Below, one piece after another: positions 8,376 through 18,680 of a stretch of 24,249 nucleotides of DNA. Source of the DNA: a virus (Duplodnaviria; Caudoviricetes). The translations under genes and the position numbers were made by a program. Each line of letters begins with the position of its first letter. Position 1 is the first letter of the stretch. The stretch lies in the IMG/VR virus record IMGVR_UViG_3300009495_000075, positions 1-24,249 of that record; one strand, 5' to 3'. A model generated the notes under the pieces. That model saw only the letters and a list, made by a program, of their open reading frames with translations, was not told the DNA's origin and did no database searches.

Positions 8376-9803
8376 ATGGCAGGACAAGTTAATAATGTAC
8401 CAGGATTCGATCTACAACCTAGTTCAGAACAGGTACTTTTACAAACAAATTATATTACAAACTTTGATTTCTTAAATCAGTATCTTCCAGATACTTATGA
8501 AAAAGAATTTGAAAGATATGGAAACAGAACAGTAGCATCATTCTTAAGAATGGTAGGTGCTGAAATGCCTTCTAACTCTGACCTTATAAAATGGGCAGAG
8601 CAAGGAAGATTACATACAAAATACACGAATGTAACTTCAGCAGCAGCAGCAGGTCAAGATAATGCAACTCTTACAATTGCAGATGTATTAGTACCAGGCT
8701 CTGGTTCTATAGCAATTAGAGTTGGTCAAACAATTATGTTGTCTGACAGTTCTATTAACTCAACAAACAGTAACAAAGCAATTGTAACAGCAGTAGATAC
8801 TGCAGCTGGAACAATTGATGTAGCTTACTATGAAGCTGGAGGTCAGACAATGGCTGCAGGAGTAGTATGTTCTTTATTTATCTATGGTTCTGAATTCCAA
8901 AAAGGAGCTATCGGAATGCAAGGACAATTAGAAGCAGATGATCAAATCTTTCAAAACTCACCAATTATCATTAAAGATAGATACGCAGTTAGTGGATCTG
9001 ACATGGCTCAAATTGGATGGATTGAAGTAACAACAGAAAACGGAGCAACTGGATTCTTATGGTACTTAAAATCAGAGCATGAAACTAGATTAAGATTTGA
9101 AGACTACTTAGAAACAGCAATGGTTGAAGCAGTACCAGCTGAAGTAGCTAGTGGCGCAGCAGCAATTGTTGAAGGTGTAGCTTCAGGTGTAGGTAACAAA
9201 GGATCTGAAGGTCTTTTCTATGTTGTTGAAGAAAGAGGAAATGTATGGGCAGGAGGAAATCCTGATGCATTAGCAGATTTTGATGCAATCATTTCTCGTT
9301 TAGACAAGCAAGGTTCTATTGAAGAGAATGTAATTTTCTTAAACAGAGATTTCGGATTTGACATTGATGATATGTTAGCAGCTCAAAACTCTTATGGAGC
9401 AGGTGGTACTTCTTATGGTCTATTTGACAATGATGAAGAAATGGCTTTAAACTTAGGTTTTACAGGGTTTAGAAGAGGTTATGACTTCTACAAAACTGAC
9501 TGGAAATACTTAAATGATCCAACAATGAGAGGGGATATCGTAGGTGGAGCTATAAATGGTATATTAGTACCTGCAGGTTCTACAACTGTTTATGACCAAG
9601 TACTTGGTAAAAACGCTAAGAGACCTTTCCTTCATGTTAGATATAGAGCTTCAGAAACTGAAGACAGAAGATATAAAACTTGGATTACAGGTTCAGCTGG
9701 TGGAGCTGCTACATCGGATTTAGATGCGATGGAAGTAAACTTCTTATCAGAAAGAGCTTTATGTACTTTAGGTGCTAATAACTTCTTTATATTTAAGCAG
9801 TAA
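8376..9803 (+). CDS. Major capsid protein
   Basis: 475 aa, synteny, codon use suggestive of high expression (frequent TTC/AAC/TAC), strong terminator after; resembles Bacteroidota phage capsids. Confidence 0.9.
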   Translation: MAGQVNNVPGFDLQPSSEQVLLQTNYITNFDFLNQYLPDTYEKEFERYGNRTVASFLRMVGAEMPSNSDLIKWAEQGRLHTKYTNVTSAAAAGQDNATLTIADVLVPGSGSIAIRVGQTIMLSDSSINSTNSNKAIVTAVDTAAGTIDVAYYEAGGQTMAAGVVCSLFIYGSEFQKGAIGMQGQLEADDQIFQNSPIIIKDRYAVSGSDMAQIGWIEVTTENGATGFLWYLKSEHETRLRFEDYLETAMVEAVPAEVASGAAAIVEGVASGVGNKGSEGLFYVVEERGNVWAGGNPDALADFDAIISRLDKQGSIEENVIFLNRDFGFDIDDMLAAQNSYGAGGTSYGLFDNDEEMALNLGFTGFRRGYDFYKTDWKYLNDPTMRGDIVGGAINGILVPAGSTTVYDQVLGKNAKRPFLHVRYRASETEDRRYKTWITGSAGGAATSDLDAMEVNFLSERALCTLGANNFFIFKQ

Positions 9804-9817
9804 TATAGTAGTAATAT

Positions 9818-9853
9818 TTACCCTCGTTATAATGACGAGGGTAATTATTTTTT
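9818..9853 (+). terminator. Rho-independent terminator after capsid gene
   Basis: TTACCCTCGTTA-taa-TGACGAGGGTAA stem (one G-U) followed by TTATTTTTT. Confidence 0.88.
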
Positions 9854-9854
9854 A

Positions 9855-9879
9855 TAAATTAAATTAAATTAAATTAAAT
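9855..9879 (+). repeat. (TAAAT)5 tandem repeat running into start codon
   Basis: taaattaaattaaattaaattaaat then g; ATG at 9878. Confidence 0.85.
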
Positions 9880-10624
9880 GAAACCAAAAAAACAAAGCAA
9901 TTTTGTAGATAAAGTCTACAAATTAACACACGACAGAGCGCCTTTAAGCTATTCAATTCCTTCAAGAAACACAAAAAGGAAATCTTTACTTTATTTTGAT
10001 GAAGAGACAGGGGTAAATAGACCTTTGCGTTATTCTAGAAATCAAAAAAGCATTTTTCAAGATGAACAAGACAATACTGCTATCTTAGAGCCAATTATTT
10101 TTGAAGATGGATTATTATTTGTTTCAAAACAAAATCAAGTATTACAGAAGTTTTTAGAATATCATCCGAATAATGGGAATATGTTTATTGAAGTTGATAA
10201 AGAAAAAGATGCATCTGTAGATGTAGAGTCGTTAGATTTATCTTTAGACGCTCAATTAATGGCTAAAGAATTAAGTATTGAAATGCTTGAAACTGTAGCA
10301 AGAATTGTTATTGGATTAAGAATAGATACTTTAACTTCTGCTGAATTAAAAAGAGATGTTCGAGTATTTGCAAGTAGATATCCTAAAGATTTTATAGAAG
10401 CATTAAATGACCCCTTATTAAAACTACAAAATAAATGCGCTCAATTTTTTGCAGAAAACATTTTAGTTTTAAAAAACAAAAAAGATGTTTACTATAATAT
10501 TAAAGGAAACAAAAATAAATTACTTACAGTTCCTTACGGTGAAGATCCATTATTTATTTTAGCATCATTTTTGCAAAGTGACGAAGGTTTAGAAGTATTA
10601 AGAATACTTGAATCTAAATTATAA
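9878..10624 (+). CDS. Conserved virion-associated protein downstream of capsid
   Basis: 248 aa ORF in the post-capsid position; function not recognised. Confidence 0.65.
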   Translation: MKPKKQSNFVDKVYKLTHDRAPLSYSIPSRNTKRKSLLYFDEETGVNRPLRYSRNQKSIFQDEQDNTAILEPIIFEDGLLFVSKQNQVLQKFLEYHPNNGNMFIEVDKEKDASVDVESLDLSLDAQLMAKELSIEMLETVARIVIGLRIDTLTSAELKRDVRVFASRYPKDFIEALNDPLLKLQNKCAQFFAENILVLKNKKDVYYNIKGNKNKLLTVPYGEDPLFILASFLQSDEGLEVLRILESKL

Positions 10625-10646
10625 TAGAATATATCGTTTATACACT

Positions 10647-10680
10647 AAAGAGGTTTCAAAATTATGAAGCCTCTTTTTTT
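10647..10680 (+). terminator. Rho-independent terminator
   Basis: AAAGAGGTTTCA-aaatta-TGAAGCCTCTTT stem with T7 tract. Confidence 0.85.
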
Positions 10681-10681
10681 G

Positions 10682-10689
10682 TATCTTTG
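10682..10689 (+). promoter_or_regulatory. -7 box TATCTTTG
   Basis: Matches TAnnTTTG right after terminator, 18 nt before ATG 10708. Confidence 0.75.
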
Positions 10690-10707
10690 TGTAAAGATAA
10701 TTAAGAA

Positions 10708-11403
10708 ATGGCATCAATAATTAATACAGTTAGAGCTACTGTTCTTTCAATAGCAAATAAAAATAATTTTGGATACATAACTCCAAATGATTTTAATTTG
10801 TATGCAAAACAAGCTCAATTAGATATATTTGAGGATTACTTTTATCAATATAATTCATGGATAGTAAAACAGAACGCAAGAGTTTCAGGAAGCGGATACG
10901 CTGATATAATAAAAGGATTGGTAGAAGTAATAGATGGGTTTTCAAATACAGAAGTTTTAACACCTATTACAGGAGGATACAGTTTGCCTATTGATTATTA
11001 TTTGATAAATAAAGTATTTCAATTAAATACAGAAATAGAAAGAGTTAGTCAAAGTAAAATACTTTTGCTTAATAGTTCTCAACTAACTACACCTACATCA
11101 ATGTTTCCTGCATATACACTTGAAGGAAATACCATTTCAGTTTATCCTGTTTTGACTGGAGATGTAAACTGTCAGTATATTAGATATCCTAAAGATCCAA
11201 AATGGACTTATGTAGAATTAGCTGGTGGAGAACCTTTGTTTGATGAAACTGCAATAGGTTATCAAGACTTTGAGTTACCTCTTTCAGATCAGGTTAATTT
11301 GATTAATAAAATATTACAATATGCTGGAATGTCTATTAGAGAATTGCCATTAGTGCAATTTGGACAATCAGAAGAAAATATAGAAAATACACAACAAGGA
11401 TAA
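10708..11403 (+). CDS. Head-tail adaptor/ring protein
   Basis: NK...GYITP.DFN..A..AQ N-terminus and YIRYPKDPKW; position between head and tail genes. Confidence 0.6.
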   Translation: MASIINTVRATVLSIANKNNFGYITPNDFNLYAKQAQLDIFEDYFYQYNSWIVKQNARVSGSGYADIIKGLVEVIDGFSNTEVLTPITGGYSLPIDYYLINKVFQLNTEIERVSQSKILLLNSSQLTTPTSMFPAYTLEGNTISVYPVLTGDVNCQYIRYPKDPKWTYVELAGGEPLFDETAIGYQDFELPLSDQVNLINKILQYAGMSIRELPLVQFGQSEENIENTQQG

Positions 11404-11406
11404 GAT

Positions 11407-12330
11407 ATGGCATACTTAACACAATACCAATATTATGAGAATGACGGAAATAATCCTATTAATGAAAATTGGGGTTCGTATCAATATGTAACATTAAAAG
11501 ATATAGTTAATAATTTTATGTTAATGTATGTAGGTAATGATAAGCTAATAAATAATGTTGAAAGATATAATGTTTTATTTCATGCAAAAAGAGCAATACA
11601 AGAATTAAATTATGATTCTTTAAAAGAAATTAAAATACTAGAATTAGCAGTAGATGATCAATTAAGATTTATTTTACCAAATGATTATGTAAATTGGGTT
11701 AGAATTTCTATGTACAAAAATGGAGTTTTATTTCCATTAACTGAAAATATTCAAACTAATTGGAGTGACTCATATTTACAAGACAATAATTATAAAATAC
11801 TATTTGATCAAAATGGTAACGTATTAAAGCCAGAGTTTTCTACTGTAGATATAGATAGAATAAAAGGAAGTAGTCGTACAATTTATTTAAATGCTCAAAG
11901 CCCTTATGATGGTCAAGAAGGTTATTTTTATAACGGCATTTGGTATTTTGAATATCCTATTGGAGGACGTTATGGATTAAATACAGAAACAGCTAATCAA
12001 AATCCTACTTTTAAGATAAATAAAAAAAGCGGTGTAATTAACTTTAGTTCAGATATGGCAGACGAGTTAGTTGTATTAGAATATGTTTCAGATGGAATGG
12101 AAGGTGGTGTAGATGCAGATATAAGTGTAAACAAGTTATTTGAAGATTTTATTTATTCATATATAAAGTTTGTAATATTATCTAGTAAATACGGTATTCA
12201 AGAGTATATCATAAATAGATCTAAAAAAGAAAAATCAGCTCTTTTGAGGAATGCAAAAATTAGACTAAGCAATATACATCCTGGAAGATTATTAATGAAT
12301 CTGAGAGGTCAAAATAAATGGATAAAGTAG
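11407..12330 (+). CDS. Second ring / tail tubular protein
   Basis: LPNDYVNWVRI resembles the LPxDy motif of tubular/adaptor proteins; precedes stabilization protein. Confidence 0.6.
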   Translation: MAYLTQYQYYENDGNNPINENWGSYQYVTLKDIVNNFMLMYVGNDKLINNVERYNVLFHAKRAIQELNYDSLKEIKILELAVDDQLRFILPNDYVNWVRISMYKNGVLFPLTENIQTNWSDSYLQDNNYKILFDQNGNVLKPEFSTVDIDRIKGSSRTIYLNAQSPYDGQEGYFYNGIWYFEYPIGGRYGLNTETANQNPTFKINKKSGVINFSSDMADELVVLEYVSDGMEGGVDADISVNKLFEDFIYSYIKFVILSSKYGIQEYIINRSKKEKSALLRNAKIRLSNIHPGRLLMNLRGQNKWIK

Positions 12331-12331
12331 T

Positions 12332-15300
12332 ATGGCTAAAATTCAAAAGAACTTTATAAAAGGGCGAATGAATAAATCCGTTGATGAACGATTAGTTCCT
12401 CAAGGAGAATATATTGATGCTTTAAATGTTAGATTAGGTTCAACAGAAGGAACTGAAATAGGTGCTGTAGAAAATTCAAAAGGAAATGAACTTATAGTTG
12501 AGTTGATTTATGACGGAAATCCTTTAAGTAGCAATGCTAAATGTATTGGCGCTTATGAAGATGGTGTGAATGAAACAATTTATTGGTTTGTTAATGATGA
12601 ACAAAACATATCCTCTCCTACAGGTAATGTCGATTTAATTGTATCATATAACACAAGAACATCAATTTTATTTTATCATGTTGTTTCGACATCTGTTTTA
12701 AATTTTAATAAAGATTATTTAATAAATGGTATAAATTTAATAGATGATTTACTTTTTTTTACCGATAACTTAAATCCTCCAAGAAAAATAAACATAAACA
12801 GAACTTATGCTCAGCCTTTATTAGGAGTTGATCAAGTTACAGAACAAGATATAGGCGTAATTGTTGCTCCTCCTTTAAAAGCTCCTGTATTAAGTCAATT
12901 TCAGTTAGGTGGAGGTGAAAATTACATGGAAGATTTGTTTTTAAGTTTTGCTTATAGATGGCAATATGAAGACGGAGAATACTCAGCTCTTTCACCATTC
13001 AGTCAAGTTGCTTTTACACCTGGTCCTTTTCAGTTAAATTATGACACCTATGACAATGATTCAATGCAGAATATATTTAATAGTGTATCTATAAGTTTTG
13101 ACACAGGCGGTAAAAATGTAAAAGATGTAGATATTATTTTTAAATTTTCTACAAGTCAATCGGTAAATGTAATTGAAAGATATAACAAAGTAAATCAAGG
13201 ATGGTTAGACAATGTTAATCAATCTATTGATTTTACTAATAAAAAAATATATACAACACTTCCAGAAGAACAATTGCTTAGGCTTTATGATAATGTTCCT
13301 AAAATAGCTCAAGCTCAAACCATTATGGGTAATAGGGTAATGTATGGTAATTATGTAGATGGGTATGATATTGTTAATGAAAACGGAAAACAAATATACT
13401 TAGACTATAATTTGTCTTTAATTACGGAAAGCTTAACAAATGAAGAAATTCAAGGTGTTAGATCTAATTATTCATATGATATAGACGTATTAACTTCTGT
13501 TGTAAATGCTAAAGCTTCAATTAATTTTGGTGGATTAGATTTAATTAATGGCTCTCAAATAGGTATTGTATTTAATTATCAAAGTCAATTGTTTGGTGGA
13601 GATCCTACATATGATGACGGAACACAGCCTTTAAATCAATTTGATTATACTTTTTTATTTAATTTACAACAAGACTATCCTAGTGTTCACGATCTAGTGA
13701 CTAGTCCAGAGTTTGTAGCTGCAGTATCTGATTTTGAAGTTAATTGTGCAGATGGCTTTTCAGTGACTGATGTTTATAATTGTGGTATAACTTCTAAATC
13801 TGGATGGATTTTTGATGGATTTGGAGTAACAACTACAAATCAAGGATTCGTTATAGAAAGTTCTTTAGGTAGTGATATTGTAAGTATAATAATACCAGGC
13901 TTAAGATTTGAAGAAATTGCAAATCCAGGGACTTTTGCTTATGAATATTTAAGCTCTATAGAAACTACAGGATTATATTCATTAACTTCTTCTAAACAAA
14001 GCTTACACAGTAATAGAGATTATGAAATTGCTGTTGTCTATATGGATGATTATGGAAGAAGTACAACTGCTTTAGTTGATACTAATAATACAGTTTATGT
14101 TCCTTGTCAAAATTCTATAAACAAAAACACTATAAGGGTTCAGTTAAATAGTTACCCTCCTTTTTGGGCAACAAAATATAAATTTGTTGTTAAAGAATCA
14201 AAAACAGGATATAGAACAATTTATTCTAATATATTTTTTAGAGAAGAAACTACAGGAGATGTATACTATAAACTAGAAGGTGATAATAGAGATAAAGTTA
14301 AAGATAACGAATCTTTATATGTAAAAGCTGATACAGGTGGCCCTGTTTTAAGGTGTACAAAAACAAAAGTATTAGAATTTGGTTCTAAAACTGAAGATTT
14401 TTTATGTACTAAAGATGCAGATGGAGTTGTAATTTCAGGTACTTGTGGACAACCTTCAGGTACTTACATGAAATTAAAGCCATCTAATTTTAACGCTAAT
14501 TTAGTTGAAAATGCATTTATAGATAGGACTGATAACGGAGGGCCTTCAAGCTATAGTAGCGCTAGTGTTTCTTGTAGTGTAGAAGATGAAACTAACCCTG
14601 GTAATTATTTAGATATTGATATTCCTGCGGGTTCTTTAATAACTTTTAGATTTACTACTACTAGGTTTGAAAGAGGAAGTAGATGCGGAGGAAGAACTTA
14701 TGATTATGATAAAACATTTACATCAGGAAATGATTACACTGATTTAGCTTCATTTGTTACAGGAGAGCAAATAGATTTTACAAACGGAATTTCAGGAGGT
14801 ACTGACAGTACTATAAATGTAATTAATCAACCTAATACCATATACCCATTTTACACTTCATTGGCAAGTGGTGGTCAAACGTATATTACTTTTCAAAGAG
14901 ATGCTTCAGACAACAGGCTTTTATTAGTAATTCAAACAGGAACACCTAAATGCGGGGGAGTAGATCAAAGAGGATCTTATGAAAGTGTTCAAATAATATT
15001 AAACAGAGCGGCAACTTTAAATATATTTGAGACAGAACCAATTCAAGCAAATGATGAATTATATTATGAAAACGAACAAGTTTTTGATATTTCAGGTGGT
15101 TTTCATTTATCAGGTAATTCTGCATTTGATCAAAATCAAACCGCAGTTCTTCCTGCTGTAATAGATTTAACATTTTTTAATTGTTATGTTTTTGGAAATG
15201 GTGTAGAGTCAGATAAAGTTCTTGACGCTCTAACAACTCCTACATTATCGTTAGGAGAAAAAGTTACTTCAGTTTCTGAAGAGGAATATAAAGAAATTCA

Positions 15301-16921
15301 TAGATTATCAGATATTACTTATAGTGGAGTGTACAATCAAGAAAGTGGATTAAATAAATTAAATCAATTTAATCTAGCTTTATCAAATTTTAAGACTTTA
15401 GAAAGATCATTTGGGCCATTAAGAAAATTGCATTCAAGGCAGACTGATATTCTTGCTTTACAAGAAGATAAGATATCGTATGTATTGGTTGGTAAAAATT
15501 TATTATCTGATGCTGCTGCAGGAGGAGCTATAACTTCTATACCTGAAGTTTTAGGAACTCAGTTAGCAAGAATTGAAGAATTTGGAATAAGTAATAATCC
15601 TGAAAGTTTTAGTTCATATGGTTATGATGTTTATTTTACAGACTCAAAAAGAAGTAGTGTAATTAATTTAAAAGGAGGATCTGCTAAATCAGATCAATTA
15701 AATGTTATTTCTCAAGCGGGAATGCGTAGTTGGTTTAGAGATTTATTTACTGAAGCATTACCTACTCAGAAACTAGGTGGATTTGATCCTTACATGAATG
15801 AGTATGTGTTATCATCAACAGAAACATTAGTTCCTACGCCACCAATTGAAAGACAATGTGGTTATCAATTGATTCAACAATCTAGTAATGATGCAGTTAT
15901 TTTTAATTTAAATTTAACCACAATTATAGGTGATGTAGATTTAAACTATAATGTATCTGTAGGCTCTGTAAATATTAAAGTAGTATACAATGGTATTACA
16001 GAAATAGATAATATTGTAACAGGAGTAGGGGTTTTACAGTTTACAAAAAATTTAAATAATCCTATTTTAGCTCAAGTATTTATTACTCCTCAAGCATTAT
16101 CAACATACGACATTACATTCGGATGTTCTGTTGCACCACGATTAACAGTAAAACAGATTGTAATTAATAACGCAGGAGACGTTAGTTTAACAACTACTTC
16201 AAGATATAATTGGAAACTAGGCAGTGATTTAAGTCCTTTTAGCACTAATTCAATTGTTTTAGAATCTGATGGAATTTCTTTGTTTGTAGAAGAAACAGGT
16301 GAACAGTCATTTGGATCAATACCTACTGAAGGATCGGTAGTTAATATGCAAATGATACAAGAGAAAGGACAAACATTTGTGTTTAATGCGGCTAGTGATA
16401 ATATGAAGTATTTAATTTCTAATGTAAATTATAATGAAACTGACATAAATACTTTAATTCCTTTATTAGTAAATTCTGGACCAGTTGTGGGAGGGCCTTT
16501 AAATTATGTGTCTAAATTTACTTATACTAATTTAACTAATCAAGATTATTTATATTTAGTATGGGATTTAAGAAGTCCTTCAGAATTAAGTTTTTGTTAT
16601 GATGCAACTTCAGCAATAAGTGCTTGTTGTGATTGTTCAACACCACCTGCTTTAACTTTATTTCCTATTGTCTTAGAGTATGGTAGTATAAGTTGTGCTG
16701 CAGTTTGTTCTAATTTTGGAGCAAATAATTCAGGCACTTTTTATGTAGACGTAGGGACACCTTCTGGAGGAGTATTTGCACTATCAACAAAAATATATTT
16801 AGATTCAGCTGGAACTTCTTTTGCGCCATCATTCTTTTATACGGATGGAACGGAATGTAGACCAGTGGATGGGAATGGTAATTTAGGAATAACATCAGGG
16901 TGCGGTGCGCCTCCACCATAA
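12332..16921 (+). CDS. Tail stabilization (muzzle/nozzle) protein, main part with C-terminal accessory domains
   Basis: F..GRMNKSVDERLVP.GEY.DALN, LLFFTDNLNPPRKIN, FAYRW.Y.DGEYS, GNRVMYGNY, FGISNNPESF, YFTD.KR motifs typical of crAss-like stabilization proteins. Confidence 0.8.
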   Translation: MAKIQKNFIKGRMNKSVDERLVPQGEYIDALNVRLGSTEGTEIGAVENSKGNELIVELIYDGNPLSSNAKCIGAYEDGVNETIYWFVNDEQNISSPTGNVDLIVSYNTRTSILFYHVVSTSVLNFNKDYLINGINLIDDLLFFTDNLNPPRKININRTYAQPLLGVDQVTEQDIGVIVAPPLKAPVLSQFQLGGGENYMEDLFLSFAYRWQYEDGEYSALSPFSQVAFTPGPFQLNYDTYDNDSMQNIFNSVSISFDTGGKNVKDVDIIFKFSTSQSVNVIERYNKVNQGWLDNVNQSIDFTNKKIYTTLPEEQLLRLYDNVPKIAQAQTIMGNRVMYGNYVDGYDIVNENGKQIYLDYNLSLITESLTNEEIQGVRSNYSYDIDVLTSVVNAKASINFGGLDLINGSQIGIVFNYQSQLFGGDPTYDDGTQPLNQFDYTFLFNLQQDYPSVHDLVTSPEFVAAVSDFEVNCADGFSVTDVYNCGITSKSGWIFDGFGVTTTNQGFVIESSLGSDIVSIIIPGLRFEEIANPGTFAYEYLSSIETTGLYSLTSSKQSLHSNRDYEIAVVYMDDYGRSTTALVDTNNTVYVPCQNSINKNTIRVQLNSYPPFWATKYKFVVKESKTGYRTIYSNIFFREETTGDVYYKLEGDNRDKVKDNESLYVKADTGGPVLRCTKTKVLEFGSKTEDFLCTKDADGVVISGTCGQPSGTYMKLKPSNFNANLVENAFIDRTDNGGPSSYSSASVSCSVEDETNPGNYLDIDIPAGSLITFRFTTTRFERGSRCGGRTYDYDKTFTSGNDYTDLASFVTGEQIDFTNGISGGTDSTINVINQPNTIYPFYTSLASGGQTYITFQRDASDNRLLLVIQTGTPKCGGVDQRGSYESVQIILNRAATLNIFETEPIQANDELYYENEQVFDISGGFHLSGNSAFDQNQTAVLPAVIDLTFFNCYVFGNGVESDKVLDALTTPTLSLGEKVTSVSEEEYKEIHRLSDITYSGVYNQESGLNKLNQFNLALSNFKTLERSFGPLRKLHSRQTDILALQEDKISYVLVGKNLLSDAAAGGAITSIPEVLGTQLARIEEFGISNNPESFSSYGYDVYFTDSKRSSVINLKGGSAKSDQLNVISQAGMRSWFRDLFTEALPTQKLGGFDPYMNEYVLSSTETLVPTPPIERQCGYQLIQQSSNDAVIFNLNLTTIIGDVDLNYNVSVGSVNIKVVYNGITEIDNIVTGVGVLQFTKNLNNPILAQVFITPQALSTYDITFGCSVAPRLTVKQIVINNAGDVSLTTTSRYNWKLGSDLSPFSTNSIVLESDGISLFVEETGEQSFGSIPTEGSVVNMQMIQEKGQTFVFNAASDNMKYLISNVNYNETDINTLIPLLVNSGPVVGGPLNYVSKFTYTNLTNQDYLYLVWDLRSPSELSFCYDATSAISACCDCSTPPALTLFPIVLEYGSISCAAVCSNFGANNSGTFYVDVGTPSGGVFALSTKIYLDSAGTSFAPSFFYTDGTECRPVDGNGNLGITSGCGAPPP

Positions 16922-16931
16922 AAACAAATAA

Positions 16932-17861
16932 ATGGCAACAACAGTAAATAAATACATTGATAGTAATGATTTTTTAACAGCATCTGCTGTTTTTGATGAC
17001 GTAAGTCTAACTATTCCATCTTCTGATGGATACTATCAAATTGATGGAATATATAGACAACAAGTCTCGGGTCTTTTATTAAGCGGATCTAGTTTATGCG
17101 AATCATGTGATGGTCAAGATTTAAGGTATAATGTTACAAGTGGTTCTGATTTATGCTGTGTAAGTGGAACTATATTTACATATTATTTTTCTCCAGGTGA
17201 TTCGTTTACCGATCCAAGTACAACTTTAATGTATTCAGACCAAGCTTTAACAACTTTAGCACCAGATGGATTTTATAATATTAGTCCATCAGGAGATTAT
17301 AGAGAGCAATCTTCAGGTGTATTAGGAGTTCTTACATCTTGTCCAAGTTGTTTTACATCTACAACTGTAGAGTATAGTTCAGTATCTGCTAATGATTTAT
17401 GTTGTGGATCTCCAACATCAGGAACTTATTATCTTGACTTTGGAACTACATTCTTAACAACAAGTAATTTATATACAGACACTTTAGGAACAATAGCACC
17501 AGATGGATTTTATAAAGAAATTTTGACAAACACATATAGAGAAATGGCACTTAGTGTTTTAGATTCACAGAATCCTTGTAATCCTTGTACTACTCAATCT
17601 TGGAGAGCTACAGAATGCGGAGGTGGAGGAGCAACATATTATTTAGATCAGTCAAATGGTTTTGATGGATCTTTATCTGTGATATTAGCTTATTCATATA
17701 ACATAGGTGATGTTGTTTGGGTAAAACAAACATCTACTGGAGTAATTACTTGTGCTGAAATACAGTCATTATCATCTACACCTCCTAATTATTTTATAGA
17801 TGAGGCGGCAAATAGCGGAAATGGACCTTATAGCAATTGTGTTTCTTGCGCAATACCTTAA
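16932..17861 (+). CDS. Cys-rich tandem repeat protein, putative tail accessory
   Basis: Three ~80 aa units with DG(F/Y)Y...YR...CxxC (DLCC in units 2 and 3) plus distinct C-terminal Cys domain. Confidence 0.75.
   Translation: MATTVNKYIDSNDFLTASAVFDDVSLTIPSSDGYYQIDGIYRQQVSGLLLSGSSLCESCDGQDLRYNVTSGSDLCCVSGTIFTYYFSPGDSFTDPSTTLMYSDQALTTLAPDGFYNISPSGDYREQSSGVLGVLTSCPSCFTSTTVEYSSVSANDLCCGSPTSGTYYLDFGTTFLTTSNLYTDTLGTIAPDGFYKEILTNTYREMALSVLDSQNPCNPCTTQSWRATECGGGGATYYLDQSNGFDGSLSVILAYSYNIGDVVWVKQTSTGVITCAEIQSLSSTPPNYFIDEAANSGNGPYSNCVSCAIP
17257..17515 (+). repeat. 22-bp direct repeat TAGCACCAGATGGATTTTATAA (17257-17278; 17494-17515)
   Basis: Identical copies 237 nt (79 codons) apart, both encoding APDGFY. 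Confidence 0.85.
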
Positions 17862-17889
17862 AATAAATTAAAAATTAAAATAATAAACA

Positions 17890-18672
17890 ATGGCACAAGA
17901 AGAATATACTTTAACATATAGCGAATCTGTAAGCGGATGGCCTTCATTTTACAGTTTTATTCCTGATTTTATTTTAGGAATGAATCAATATTTATATACT
18001 TTTAAAAATGGTAATTTATTTAAACACAATTCTAATAATACTAGAAATAATTATTATGGTGTTCAATATAATTCTAAAATAACAAGTGTTTTTAATCAAG
18101 AACCAACAACCACAAAAGTTTTTAAAACTATTGAACTTGAAAGCGATGATTCTTGGGACTGTTCTTTAGTTTCAGATTTAGGATCTGGGTTTATGCCATC
18201 AACTTATTTCGTAGAAAAAGAAGGAACTTATTTTAGCTACATAAGAAGATTAGCAAATTCTAAAAATTTATCTTTAAGATCTGCACAAGGTATAGGAACA
18301 ATAAAAGGAAGCACAGGAGTAGGGCCAAATCCTATAACGATAGAGTTTGGGTTTTTATTAGGTTCAATGATTAATATTGGTGATGCGTCTGACCCTACTA
18401 GTGTAGGTGATGTGGCATATTACAATAATAGCGGAACACCTGTTGAAATAGGAGAAATTACAGGTATAAGTGCAGATAATAAATCTATTACTATAGATAA
18501 TCCTGTTATAGTTGGAGCTTTGCCTGCGTCATATATATTGTATTTAAAAAACAGTGTAGCTGAGTCTTATGGAGCGTTAGGATATTTTTTAGAATTTACA
18601 TTAACTAACTCAAATACTGAACCAGTTGAATTGTTTACAGTTGATTCTGATGTATTTAAAAGCAATCCTTAG
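17890..18672 (+). CDS. Tail protein, probable detached C-terminal part of stabilization protein
   Basis: TLTYSE..SGWPSFYSFIPD...YTFKNG.L..H...N.YYG...KVFKTIELES...KEG pattern resembles the C-terminal portion of such proteins. Confidence 0.65.
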   Translation: MAQEEYTLTYSESVSGWPSFYSFIPDFILGMNQYLYTFKNGNLFKHNSNNTRNNYYGVQYNSKITSVFNQEPTTTKVFKTIELESDDSWDCSLVSDLGSGFMPSTYFVEKEGTYFSYIRRLANSKNLSLRSAQGIGTIKGSTGVGPNPITIEFGFLLGSMINIGDASDPTSVGDVAYYNNSGTPVEIGEITGISADNKSITIDNPVIVGALPASYILYLKNSVAESYGALGYFLEFTLTNSNTEPVELFTVDSDVFKSNP

Positions 18673-18680
18673 TTTTTTTG

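Noticed and set aside
17257-17515. Direct repeats as CRISPR array or DGR template/variable pair
   Set aside because: Only two copies, in frame within a protein repeat, no adenine-specific mismatch pattern, and no cas or reverse transcriptase gene in the window.
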